The position numbers and the translations under genes were made by a program. A stretch of DNA of 64,000 bases from the human T2T-CHM13v2.0 reference genome, Homo sapiens, in assembly GCF_009914755.1 (NCBI RefSeq), contig NC_060934.1, one strand, 5' to 3'. The notes under the pieces are model-generated. The model ran no database searches. It saw only the letters and a program-made list of their open reading frames with translations, and had not been told where the DNA came from. Positions 1-13,532 of this stretch are shown here, piece by piece. The stretch's first letter is position 1, and every line of letters starts with the position of its first letter.

Positions 1-85
1 GCTGGTCTAAACTCCTGGGCTCAAGCAATCCCCCCATCTTGGCCTCCCAAAGTGCTGGGATTACAGGCATGAGCCACCACATCTT
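1..85 (-). mobile_element. Alu (5' part, cut by window edge; AluJ-like)
   Basis: ggcctcccaaagtgctgggattacaggcatgagccacc. Confidence 0.9.
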
Positions 86-94
86 GTCCCAACC

Positions 95-286
95 CTTGAC
101 ATTTTAGAGCCAACCATGCTTTGTTCCAGGGGTCTGTCCTGTGCACAGCGCAATATTTAACCACATCCTTGGCCTGCACCCACTAGCTGCCAGTAGCACC
201 TCTCCACCCAGTGGTGACAATTAAAAATGTCTCCAGACATTGCCAAATGTTCCCTGGGAGGCCGTCGCTGGGGTTGGGAACCACTG
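95..286. mobile_element. MER20 (hAT-Charlie) DNA transposon
   Basis: ctgtcctgtgca...ggcctgcacccactagctgccagtagcacc...aaaaatgtctccagacattgccaaatgt. Confidence 0.8.
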
Positions 287-596
287 AGGTAACGCGTTGG
301 ATGTGTCTGTCTTCCCTGCTAGCGACACTGTGTCCGGCACCTGCAGAGGGCCTGCCGCTTAGTATGTGCTCAACACATATTGGTTGAACGAATCAGTGAA
401 CCTATGTTAACTTTCTTAATGAATAAATCTATAAGTGTGCATGTATAAAATAGACTCCTGGGTTCCATAGACTGGCTGCCTGAGAGTCACCTGGGGATCC
501 TTTTAAGAAGTCACATTCCTGGGGTCCAATCACAGAGGATTGGGGTACAGCCTAGCAATCTGTATTGTCAAGAGTGCTTCATCAGTTCCCCCAAAA

Positions 597-1160
597 CTTA
601 AACATATATACCATATAATCCAGCAATTTCCCTCCTGAGTATATACCCAAAAGAATGGAAAGCAGGGACTTGAACAGATACTTGTTTGCAAATATCCATA
701 GCAGCGTTATACGTAATAGCTAAAAGGTAGAAACAGCCCATGTGTCTATCCACAAATGAATGATAAACAAAAAGTTGTATACCCATACAACAGAATATTA
801 TTCAGCCTTCAAAACAAATGAAGTTCTGACACATGCTCCAACATGGGCGAAGCTCGAGGACATTACGCTAAGTGAAAGAACAGACACAAAAGAACATGTA
901 TGATTCCCTTATACGAGGTATCTAGAGTAGTCACAATCACAGACATGGAGTGTAGGAGAGAGGTTGCCGGGAGCTAGGAGGAAGGAGGGAATGGGAGTTA
1001 ATGTTTAATGGGTTCAGAGTTTCAGTTTGGGATGATGAAAGAGTCCTGGAGATGGAAGGTGGTGATGGTTCCACAGCAATGGGAACGTCCTTAATGCAGC
1101 TGACTCGTTCACCTAAATAATGGTTAAACTGGTACATTTTATGTTATGCATATTTTGCCA
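597..1160 (+). mobile_element. L1 3' end (L1MB-like)
   Basis: ccagcaatttccctcctgagtatatacccaaaagaatggaaagcagggact...gggttcagagtttcagtttgggatgatgaaagagtcctggagatgg. Confidence 0.85.
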
Positions 1161-1534
1161 TATGCAAAACATGGTGCTTCATGCCTGCCAGGTCTGAGAA
1201 TCAGTAGTGTGCGAGAGGAATGGGGAGCAGGGGATGGACCCGTCGAGTTCTAACGACCCTCCCAGGCCTTGCAGCTGCTGGGATGGGGACATCAGACTCT
1301 GCTGAGCTAGGGTTTAGGCTGATTTCTTGAGAGGGTGGCCCTATCTGGGCGTGCACAGAAGAACCTCTAGGCTGCCTGAATGAGGGCTGCGGCTAGATGA
1401 GGATTGGCTTGTCTGGAGGCCACATGTGCTGTCCCCCGGGCAGCTGCTCCCCAGCTCCGGCTGATTCTTGCCATGTGGGGTGCCTGGCTGTGGGAGAGAC
1501 GTCCAAGGTCTGGATTTCGATGTGAAATCTCCTC

Positions 1535-1745
1535 ATTTTTATTTATTTCAATAGTTTTGGGGGAACAGGTGGTGTTTGGTTGCATGGAATGTTCTTTAGT
1601 GGTGATTTCTGAGATTTTGGTGCACACGTCATCTGAGCGAGGTACACTGTAGCTAGTGTGTAGTCTTTTATCCCTCACCTCCCTCCTCCCCTTCCCCCAA
1701 GTCCCCTGAGTCCATTATATCATTCTTGTGCCTTTGTGTCCTCAT
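1535..1745 (-). mobile_element. L1 3' UTR fragment (L1PB-like)
   Basis: tttcaatagttttgggggaacaggtggtgtttggttgcatgga...ttctttagtggtgatttctgagattttggtgcac. Confidence 0.75.
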
Positions 1746-2149
1746 CTGAGCTCCTGGGAATCTCCTAATTTTTCAATGTTGGCAACTGGTTCAGTGAACA
1801 AGCAAGCAGACAAACAAGCCACCTAAGGGTCACACTGGTGACCCTGCGGGCCTCCGGTCTGGCCTGCAGCTTTTCTGGGAGCTCACAGGCTGGGTCCCCA
1901 GCTAGATCCTTGCTCCTGCTCCCGTCATGGCTGCCGCGTCACTCCTGAAGTCTGACACCAGCTTTCTCTTTGATCCTCTGAGAATTTCTCTTGTATTCAG
2001 GGCACCCAAAATGGTGGTTTACAGAGAGAATAGCAAGAGCCAGGGCCCAGGGTCTGGATTCTGCTCAGGCTGGGGTCTTGGCTCTGCCAATTATGAGCCA
2101 CGGGGCCACAGGTGACTTGCTACCTTTCCCCCATGCCTTGATTTCCTCA

Positions 2150-2483
<334 letters not shown>

Positions 2484-2706
2484 GTTCCTGCCTTGTAGAG
2501 TAAGGGTGAAGCCTGCAGGTGAGGGGCTTGGCCCCGGGCAGGGCCAGTGCATGGCTGAGCAGTATGCGCGTGTATGTTTATATGTACATGAAATGTGTGT
2601 GCACTTGTGTGTGTGGCCCCCGTTGGCAGAAAGAGTGAGCGTGGCATGGGTGATTTCTTCCTCAAAGAGTCATTCTGAGGATTAAACAAGATAATGTACA
2701 GGTGGA

Positions 2707-2746
2707 GCCTCACCACGGCAGGTGCCGCCTCACCACGGCAGGTGCC
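2707..2746. repeat. Perfect 20-bp tandem duplication (gcctcaccacggcaggtgcc x2)
   Basis: Read directly from the sequence. Confidence 0.95.
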
Positions 2747-4128
2747 CAATACGCATTCCTTCTGTCCCTCGGAGTGTGAGGCCTTGGCCGTCTGTGGAGA
2801 TTTGAGAGGAGGACACTGGGCTAGTTGGAGAGGAGGGAGTTGGGTTGAAGATGCAATGAGAGGAGAGGAGAGAGACTCCTCCCCATCAGCACTCTCTCCT
2901 GCTTCCTGGAGCAGGAGCAGAGTTCTGGTCCCATTCTCAGAGGCAGGTGCACTGGCTAATCAGGGCTATGACCTTGCTTTCCAGGATAGCTTGGATGACA
3001 GTTAAGAATCCCCAGTTCTGTGCCTACTTTTAAACACATGCTACCTTGTTTTCCCTCCTTTCAGCTTTGGGAGGAAGGCCTTACTGTCTCCACTTCATGG
3101 ATGAGGACTCAGAGAGGGCGGGTGCTTGTCCAGGCTTGCCTAGGCAGCAGGGGATGGCCACAGGGCCAGAGCAAGGTGGAGGACAGGTTGGGCTGGCTGG
3201 GAGAGGGCTGAAGCTGAGTGCCACTGGGCTCCCCTGGGTTGCTGGTGTGCAGAAGGGGCCTTGTCCTGCCCAGCTGGTTCCTGGGAGGGTGACAGAGTGG
3301 AGGGGCTGCATACCCACCCGGAGCAAGCAGACGAGCTACATAAAATCCTGATAACCAAGGGGCACAAAGGGCTCCATGACCTGTGGTGAGTCATGGACAG
3401 ATGGTGGCTAAGCGCCACTGTAAGGGTGGAGAGTGGGTGACGGCACCTTGGTCCCCAGGAGCCCTCTGGCCACATGGCACAGCAGTGCCTTCAGGTCCAA
3501 GGCCCAGATGCTGGTGGGCTCAGGGACACTGAGGCCCAGAGCTTCACCCCATCGCTGTTTGCGCCTGTGCACCCTGACACCTGTCCATCATCCCTTGGAC
3601 CAGGAGTGCAAGGATGACGGGAACACCTGTGTGCGCCTCATGTGGTTCTGCACGTTACACGTGACTGTTCATTACATGTGTTCATTACTAGTGCACATTC
3701 ATTGTGCGTGTGCATGTTCATCATGTCCACGTGCTCAGTACTCGTGTGCACTGGGGAGGATGTGAGGCAGGGCGGGCCCCTCAGGAGTCCCTCCTTCCTT
3801 CCAGCCTCGGAGACTCTGGGGTTTGTGAGGAGCAAGAAGAAGGCGGTACTTGACAAGTGGAAACTGAAGTTCTTGTCCCCCAACATCTAGCCTCCAGCTG
3901 GGGAAGGAGACTCTCCACAGAAAGCAAGAGGACAAAACGAGGGCCATGAGGGGCCATGGGCACCTGCCTGTGCCTCTGCCCCACAGGGATGCCCCAAGCT
4001 AAAGGGGATGTTCAGACGTGGCAGGCCTGGCCCCTGCTGTGGGAAGGCTGTGGTCTAGTCTAGGGGAACAGCCGTGGGGGATGCCTGGTGTGGGTGGGGT
4101 GCAGGGGAGCCCTAGGCCTCACTGCTAG

Positions 4129-4491
<363 letters not shown>

Positions 4492-7362
4492 TGATCCGCC
4501 AAGCCGTTTGTGCATTAAGGCAAATGGGTGAGCCGCCAAGCTGTCTGTGCAGTGAGGCAAATGCCAATCAGTGGACACAGTATTGTGCTTCCAGGTAGGG
4601 GCTCCAGGCTGACCTTTTTGCTAATCAACATAAACAGGCAACCAGTATTCATTGAATATATGGCATGTGCCGGGCAGAGTGACCTCCTCCCAGTTATCCT
4701 TTGAGGCAGGTGCTATTATTTAATATTTCACTTCACCTTTCAGATGGGGAAACTGAGGCACAGAGTGGTTCTGTAACGGCCCAAAGTCACACAGCTGATG
4801 GGAGGGTGGTGGAGGTGGGCCAGGCCCAACACAGAGCCACCGCTCATAACTTCTCCCCTTTCTTCCTGGAGCCTGTGGGTCCTGCCCTCAGGGGGCAGCC
4901 CAGGCTTTGGGAGCTGAGAGTCAGGTGGGGTGGGGGATGTGGGGTGAGGTGGGGGAGGTAGGGCTCCCCTTTCCACTTGCTGGGGATGTCAGTGCTCCTG
5001 AGGAGCCACTGGGCTCAGTGGCACAGCTTAGCCCCCTGTATCCAGCACACACACACCAGGCACCTCCAAGAGCAGCCAACCAAGTGGGTCTGTGCCTGGT
5101 CCCACGCAGGACACGGCTGTGGTGAGGAGGCCTGGGTGCCTGGGCGAGAGCGCCCAGGGGACAGGCATGATGTGAGGCCCCACTCCAGAGTGTTTGGGGT
5201 CCCGGCCCTTCTCCCCTCTGTGCCCTGGGGTGGGTCCTTCCCCATCACTGCCTGAGGGCTCCCCATCCGCTTATTATTGTCAGAGGTCATGGACGTGCTG
5301 AACACGTTTAAGAAGACTCAAGTCCACTGAAGGCTGGGCACGGGGTGGTGCTGCCCAGAACTCCATAGGCCCAGCTTTTCTGGGGACTTCTGCCCAGGGC
5401 CTCGGGTGAGCTGCCCCGTGCCTGCCCTGGAATTCAAGGCCACATGTAGCCATTTATTCAGCTTTTCTAAATGGCCTCTTCACGGTCTGTCCCCACCAGT
5501 TTCCAGGGCCGGGGGGACTTACCTGCCACCCCCAGGCTTGCTCCGTCCTGGCCCTGGGCCACTCAGTCCACACTCCATGTTTATAGGTGATAGGAGGCCA
5601 TCTGTGCCCCGCCCCACGACGGCAGACATGAGCAGGTGAAGCAAGGTGGGATCCTGAAGGGTCAGGAAACGTCCTTAAGACCCACCTTCCATCCCTAAAA
5701 TCCCAGGCACATCAGAATCCCCATGGTGTTCTCGGGCCGAGAATGCTGCTGGCCTGAGGGATTGGGGGCTCTGGGTCCAGGCAGACATGGGTTCAGATCC
5801 TGCCCTCTCTGCTGGCCACATGACAAGTTACTTTATCCTGCTGAGCCTGTTTCCCCAGCTGTAACACTGTCTGTGAACCCAGTCATAGGGTGGTGGAGTG
5901 GGTGAGATGAGACCATGTGTGTAAAGGGCTTAGCTGGTGCCCTTGTCGGGAGACCAGGGGCCCATGCCCCTCTGCACACTGGCGTGCTTTCCGGAGTTCC
6001 CACAGACACCACGGTGCCATGGATGCCGTGTGCACCCTTGATGATCAGCTTTTCTGCTGGAGGCAGTCGAGGTCGGGTGGAAGAGAAGAGGGGCTGTGTT
6101 CCTGGGGCTGTAGCTTACTGGGGAGGATTTGACCACTGAGACTTTGCAGGGGGCCTTCAGAGAGGGGAGCCAGGGAGAACCCCTCTGGTGACTAGCCATT
6201 TCCTCATGGGGGACCATTTTGTCCTTCATGCTAATTTTGGCTCAGAGAGAATAGGGCCTGTTGTGGGACTGGGGAGGAGACCTTAGTTGCCATGGTTGCA
6301 ACTCACCCATGTGTGCCCAGCAAGTACCCCCTTTCTGGTGAGCCAAGCCTTCTCTGTCATTTTCATCCTGGGTCTGCTGGCTGCCAGAAAGCCATTCCTG
6401 GATGCTGAGCCCAGCTTCTCCCAAAAGAGGGATGTTACCTCACAACCCATTCACTGTGGCCCCAGGGAACGTCTTGCACTCATCCACAGGGCCACAGGGC
6501 TGCTCGGAGAGACCTTTCTGGGGTGTTGAGTTGGAGGTGAGAGCTTACAACAGGAGGAAAGCATCTCCAAGGGGAGCAATGTGAGAAGCGGGCACCTGCG
6601 CACAGCCACGCTCACCTGGCAGGGCGGTGCTTCCCGGCCCTGGCTAAACTGTCTGCAGGTGGTGATGCCAGGAGTGCTATGGGGCACAGCCAGATGTGAA
6701 GGCCACTTCCTCAGAGAAGCCTCTTTTGACTCCTGAATTTAAATGAGCTCCAGACCAGAGTCTCTCAGAGCACCTGTCCTCTTCTGCCAGAGCACCCTTC
6801 CTCAGGGCTCTTTGGGGAGGAACTGGATTGTTAAAATTCACCACTGCGTAGTTGGTGCCTGCCTCACAGGAGGGGCACAATAGATGTTAGTTGGATGAAC
6901 GAGGGAAGGAAAGAATAAATGAGGTGTAAGTGACCACTCAACTTATGAAGTGTTTCTAATAAATAGAAGAAGAGCATTGAGAGCCAGATACTGAGCATTC
7001 ATGTATCTGCCATCCAGATGAGAGAAATCTTAACATTTTGCTATATTTTATTCATGTGTTTCTCAAAAATATAAAAGATGAAAATATGAAATATAGGATT
7101 TATGGTTCCAGACAAGAGGGAGTAGATGCGGTGTTTCCTGTCCTTCCCGCTAAGGACAGTCAAAAACCCTGGACATTATGTATAAAACAAACATAAGATT
7201 TTGAAAGCCGGGAGAGAAGAAGGCAGACTGGCTGGGGACCTCGAGCCATGAGGGACGACACAGCAGTGAGCTTCCTGGGTTTCTTTTTTATATCCCAGAG
7301 TGGATACTAGACAAACTTGCAACCCACAATGCCAGTGGGTGCAGACTAAAAAGCTCCTTCCC

Positions 7363-7593
<231 letters not shown>

Positions 7594-7693
7594 CCTCCTT
7601 CCCCCTGCAGAAAAGCTTTTGCTGGCATAGCTGGTTACTGTAGAACTGTCCCGTTTCTGCTATGGTTCACACGCCAGCAACGCAGACACCTAC

Positions 7694-7997
7694 TTTTTTT
7701 TTTTTTTTTTTTTTTTTGAGATGGAGTCTTGCTCTGTTGCTCAGGCTGGAGTGCAGTGGCGTGATCTTGGCTCACTGTAACCTCTGCCTCCTGGGTTCAA
7801 GCAATTCTTGTGCCTCAGACTCCCAAGTAGCTGGGATTACAGGTACCTGCCATCACGCCCAGCTAATTTTTGTATTTTTAGTAGAGACAGGGTTTTGCCA
7901 TGTTGGCCAGGCTGGTTTCAAACTCCTGGCCTCAAGTGATCAGCCCATCTTGGTCTCTCAAAGTGTTGGGATTACAGGTGTGAGCCACTGCGCCGCC
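7694..7997 (-). mobile_element. Full-length AluS
   Basis: poly(T) then gagatggagtcttgctctgtt...gtgagccactgcgcc. Confidence 0.95.
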
Positions 7998-8019
7998 TTT
8001 TTCTCCTTCATGTAACCTA

Positions 8020-8213
8020 TGTCTTAGCATGGGCTGCTTTAACAAATACCCACAGACTAGGTGGCTTAAACAACAGACATTTATCTCTCATTGTTCTGGA
8101 GGTGGGGAAGTCCAAGATGAAAATGCCAGCAGATCTGATGTCCTCATCAGTTTTTCCTGGTTTACAGTTGGCTGTCTTCTTGTATCCTTGCATGGTGGGG
8201 CGGGGGAGGGAGG

Positions 8214-8254
<41 letters not shown>

Positions 8255-8410
8255 CTTGTCTCTTTTTATAAGAGCACTAATCCTATTCATGATGGTTCCA
8301 CCCTCATGACCAAATCACCTCCCAAAGGCGTTACCTCCAAATAACGTCACGCTGGGGGTTAGGTTTCAACATGTGTGTTGCAGGGAGGATGCGGACATTC
8401 AGTCCATAGT
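8020..8410 (-). mobile_element. MLT1 (MaLR) solo LTR containing a (GA)n tract at approx. 8219-8252
   Basis: tgtcttagc...aacaaatacccacagactaggtggcttaaacaacagacatttat...gggggttaggtttcaacat...cattcagtccatag. Confidence 0.85.
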
Positions 8411-8579
8411 CTAGGACTAGGTTCAGTGCCAACCTATTCCTAGATTCAAAGAGCCAGTGCACCCTGGCTTTCCACCTCTCCCCTGAGACACAGCTTCTCA
8501 TACTTTGAGATTAACTAGCCCTGCCAAGGCCTGGTGTCCCTCCCAGCCCCCTCCTCCCAAATTAAGACTCTTAGATCTA

Positions 8580-8801
8580 GGATGGGTGTGATGGCTCATG
8601 CCTGTAATCCCAGCACTTTGGGAGGCTGAAGCAGGCAGATTACCTGAAGTCAGGAGTTAGAGACCAGCCTGGCCAACACGGGGAAACCCTACCTCTACTA
8701 AAAACACAAAAATTAGCCAGGCATGGTGGTGGGTGCCTGTAATCCCAGCTACTCAGGAGGCTGAGGCAGGAAAATCGCTTCAACTTGGGAGGCGGAGGTT
8801 G
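8580..8801 (+). mobile_element. 3'-truncated AluS (no tail)
   Basis: Intact left arm and linker; stops abruptly after ggaggcggaggttg. Confidence 0.9.
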
Positions 8802-9754
8802 ATTTCCTCACTCTAGGCCTCCTCCCCATAAGCTTCCAGGCATTGCCCTGGGAGCACCTGAGTGTCCCTCAGCTTCCAGTCTGCCTGGCCCCACCTCATT
8901 CACTTCCACTGTGGGGGACCTGGGAGCACAGGATTTGGCTCTGAGCTTTTTTCTGTCCATGGACCACCCCCCCGCCGCGACCATGGGCCCCAGCCCTGTC
9001 TGTCCTTCTAGGTCCATAAACTGGCCTCTTGGCAGGGCCCACTCCCCTGGGATGGTGTGAGGAACGTGCGTGCTGGCGTGTGGAAATGGATTCTTCTGTT
9101 CTGCCGGAGGGTATTGAAAAGGCTCTGTGTGTGAGTGCCGTGGGAGAGAGGCCCGGGAAGGGCAGGAAGGCTGACGTGAGCCGTGGGGCTGCAGCTCGTG
9201 GCCACGGGGCCAGGGTCTGGGCCTTCCCACTGTTTACAGTCCGTCGCTGAGGTGTTTGCCCAGTCTCTGCTGGGGTCCTGCTGGAAGGCTTTTTAAAATA
9301 AAATTCTCATTTCTTTCCTAGACCAATACACAAACCAAACAGTGGCCAATACCGCATTTATTTTTCTTGTGGACACATGAGCTCACTTTCTGAAGTTCTT
9401 TGGGAGGATGTCCTGGGACAGGCTTTGTGCCAAGGGGACAGGGCCCCTTTAGGGTGTGAGGTGGTGCCATGAGAAGGCTCTTGATCAGAGCTGAGGGCAG
9501 AACCCATGAGGACCCCAGGATGCCGCCATGTCTGGATGGCCCCGAACGGTGGTCTGTTAAAGCCCTGGCCTTCTGCCTTCAGCCCTGCCCTGGACAGTCA
9601 TAGACCATCTCTACCTAGCAGCCAGGGTGATTTTTGAAAAATGAAAACTGGACCCTGTGAAATCATTCTCCTGCTGAAACCAACCCAACAGCTCTCCATT
9701 CCACTCAGTAAAACCCAGACTCCTTACTGTGGCTTGTAAGCACTTTGCCCTAAG

Positions 9755-10495
<741 letters not shown>

Positions 10496-10499
10496 TGGC

Positions 10500-10972
10500 A
10501 GTGCCCTGCCTGTGCTGCCCTATGTGAGCTGGCCCTCACCTTCATCTTGGATCCTTCCCTCCTCCTCCATTCACAAGCTGGTCTCCCTTTTGTCCTTTGA
10601 ATAACACACGCTTGTCTCCAGCCCAGAGCCTTTGCACCTGTTCTCTCTACCCGGAATGTTCTTCCTCACACTTTTTCTTCCAGGGGACTTTAAGGTCTCA
10701 GTCCAAATATCATCTCCATAGAGAAGCCTTCTAAAAAGGAACCATACCCTCCTTCTAATTGCATCCTTTCCCATAGTGCTGTTTATTTAATGTTCTTACC
10801 CATAACTCCGTCTGAAGCCATCTTTTCGTTTACTTGTGTATTTTCTGTCTCCCACACTGTACTAGATGTTCTATGTTAATTGCAACTGTGTCTTGCCTGG
10901 TTCACTATGAGAACAGTGTCTGGCACATAATAGGGGTTCATTAATACTGGGTGAATGAAGGAATGAATGAGG
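10500..10972 (+). mobile_element. L2 3' end (upstream part at approx. 9600-9750)
   Basis: gcctttgcacctgttc...ggaatgttcttcc...gaacagtgtctggcacataatagg...tgaatgaaggaatgaatga. Confidence 0.75.
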
Positions 10973-11931
10973 TGAAATATTTGAAATTAGAGCTCTTCTA
11001 AAAAAATTGGTGACATGTGTTTGCTGTACCCATTTAACCTTAGCCAGTAGTTTACACTTAAAGTAATTAAAGTCTGGCCTTAGGAGGCACTGTAGGTAGC
11101 ATCTGCTGTAACCCACCCCTCCCCCTGCCCACCATCCTCACCATCTGGATGAGGCAGCTCAGCATGGTACATGACTCAGCCACAGTCTCACAGCCACTAA
11201 GTGGGGAGGGGAAGCTGGTGGCTCCTGGGGCAGGTTGGTTTCCTCTGAAGCTGTAGTCGGAGTCATGATCACAGTGATGTCAGGTTTTCACAGAATCCTT
11301 AGCTCGGGACTGGAGAGCATCTTGTCCACCACCCATTGGTGGTGGAGTAAACAGGCTTCAAGGGGAGAGTGACCCGCCCAGGAGAGCCAGGTCCCTGGTC
11401 TGGAGTGACACCTTGCAACTCCCCATGAGCATATTGCTGCATAAACGTGTGGGCAGGGCCCCAGCCAGTACTCAAGGCAGGGAGACTCCTTAGGTGCTCA
11501 AAGGGGTGGACGTTTCTGTCTCTCTTGTATCTTGTAAGTGTGTGCAGCGAGTTCCTCTGCTTATTCAATGCATGTTTAGTGAGCACTGAAAACATGCTGT
11601 CCACGGGGGAGCTGAGCGGATCGCTGATCTCCTGGAGCTCATCCACCAAGGAGCATGGGAGACCAACTGAAATTAAGATGAGATGACAAATCAAGAAAGT
11701 TCCACAGGGTATGGAGCAGGTTGCTGAGCTGCAGAACCAAGGCAAAGATCTATCCCCACTTCCCTGGAGGAAGTGGCGTCCCTCCTGGCTTAAAGGATCT
11801 CTCTGCGAGCTCCCTGAGGGCCTGGACCACAGGCTCTCCATCTGGGCGTCTCCATTGCTGTAGCAGCATGAGTGGGTGGATGGATGTTGCCTTCTCTTCA
11901 ACCTGGAAGCCAGGACTGTGAGTGGCAGCCA

Positions 11932-12021
11932 TGAGCACTGAGACAGATTCCTAGGCCAGGTGCAGCGGTGCAGGCCTGAGCATTGAGACAGATTCCTAGG
12001 CCAGCTGCAGCGGCGCAAGCC
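11932..12021. repeat. 45-bp tandem duplication (4 mismatches) spanning the 5' junction of an Alu monomer
   Basis: tgagcactgagacagattcctaggccaggtgcagcggtgcaggcc / tgagcattgagacagattcctaggccagctgcagcggcgcaagcc. Confidence 0.9.
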
Positions 12022-12160
12022 TGGAACCCCAGTGCTTTGAGGGGCGGAGGCAGGAGGATTGCTCAAACCCAGGAGTCCGAGGATACAGTGAGCTATGAAT
12101 GTGCTGCTGCACCGCTCCAGCCTAGGTGACAGAGCGAGACCCTCTAAAAAAAAGAAAAAG
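11999..12160 (+). mobile_element. Fossil Alu monomer (FRAM/FAM-like)
   Basis: Single diverged arm with A-tail; TSD-like gagacagattcct / gagagagattcct. Confidence 0.8.
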
Positions 12161-12968
12161 AGAGAGAGAGATTCCTTGCCACCCATCTCTCTGCTTCCAG
12201 TGTGAGCCCCACGTATGAACTAACGGATTTTCAACAGAACTGGCACAGGGCAGACAGACCATGAGAGGAAGAAGGGGTTCTCTAACGTCTGCTCAGTGAA
12301 ACATCAAATAGTGACTTTATTAGTTAATGGGATAATTGTTCATGGGAGATCATTAGAGAGCCCAAATCAAAGAATTTCTTAGGATGTCCGAAACTTGGAA
12401 GGCTGGAATGTCATCACGAAGATAAAAGATTGTTGAGGTCTGCAAATATTTCTCAGTGACGCAGAAAGGTCTGTTGGGCAAAAGTGTGGCATTTTTATTT
12501 ATTTAGCTCAGGCTCATTGCGTACTTTATTCTTTCATTAAAAAAAGTCTGAGGGGGCTTGAGTGAAAGAGTTGATTATTCCACTGTTTGGCAATATTTCT
12601 GTAGGAACTGTCCAAAAGCTATATAATAAATCAAGGCCCCCTCCCCACCCCCCAACAGGACTGACATTTATGAGGAGGCTGTTCACAGAAAGTAGCTGCT
12701 GCGTCTGGCGTGCCACAGCAGTGCCCCGAACCCTCACAGACAGACAGGGGAGATCGAATTGCCTTGTGGGAGAGCCTCTTGCCAAAGCCTTAACTGTTTC
12801 CAGGAGCAGAAGTCCCAGGCTGTGGGGGATTCCTAGAGGAAAATGTAGAATCTTTTAACATGGGGGAAAAAAAATCATCTTCATAGTGTGAAGATTTCCT
12901 TGAAGTAGTCTAGTACTTGGTTATTCACCCAACATTGCCTGCCTGCCTGCTTTGCCCTGCCTGCCTTG

Positions 12969-12970
<2 letters not shown>

Positions 12971-13032
<62 letters not shown>
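12971..13032. repeat. (TC)31 microsatellite within a pyrimidine tract approx. 12936-13110
   Basis: Read directly; preceded by (cctg)n. Confidence 0.95.
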
Positions 13033-13034
<2 letters not shown>

Positions 13035-13099
13035 CCCTCTCCCTCTCCCCCCACCTCCTCTTTCTTTCTTTCCTCCTTTCCTTCTTTATCTTTCTCTGA

Positions 13100-13532
<433 letters not shown>

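Noticed and set aside
1826-1845. Palindrome AGGGTCAC-actg-GTGACCCT as an estrogen response element
   Set aside because: Half-sites are 6 nt apart, not the 3 nt required for an ERE.
11299-12186. Longest ORF in the track (295 aa, minus strand)
   Set aside because: N-terminus is antisense Alu-monomer translation plus the 45-bp duplication; the middle crosses L2-like sequence; no recognisable domain.
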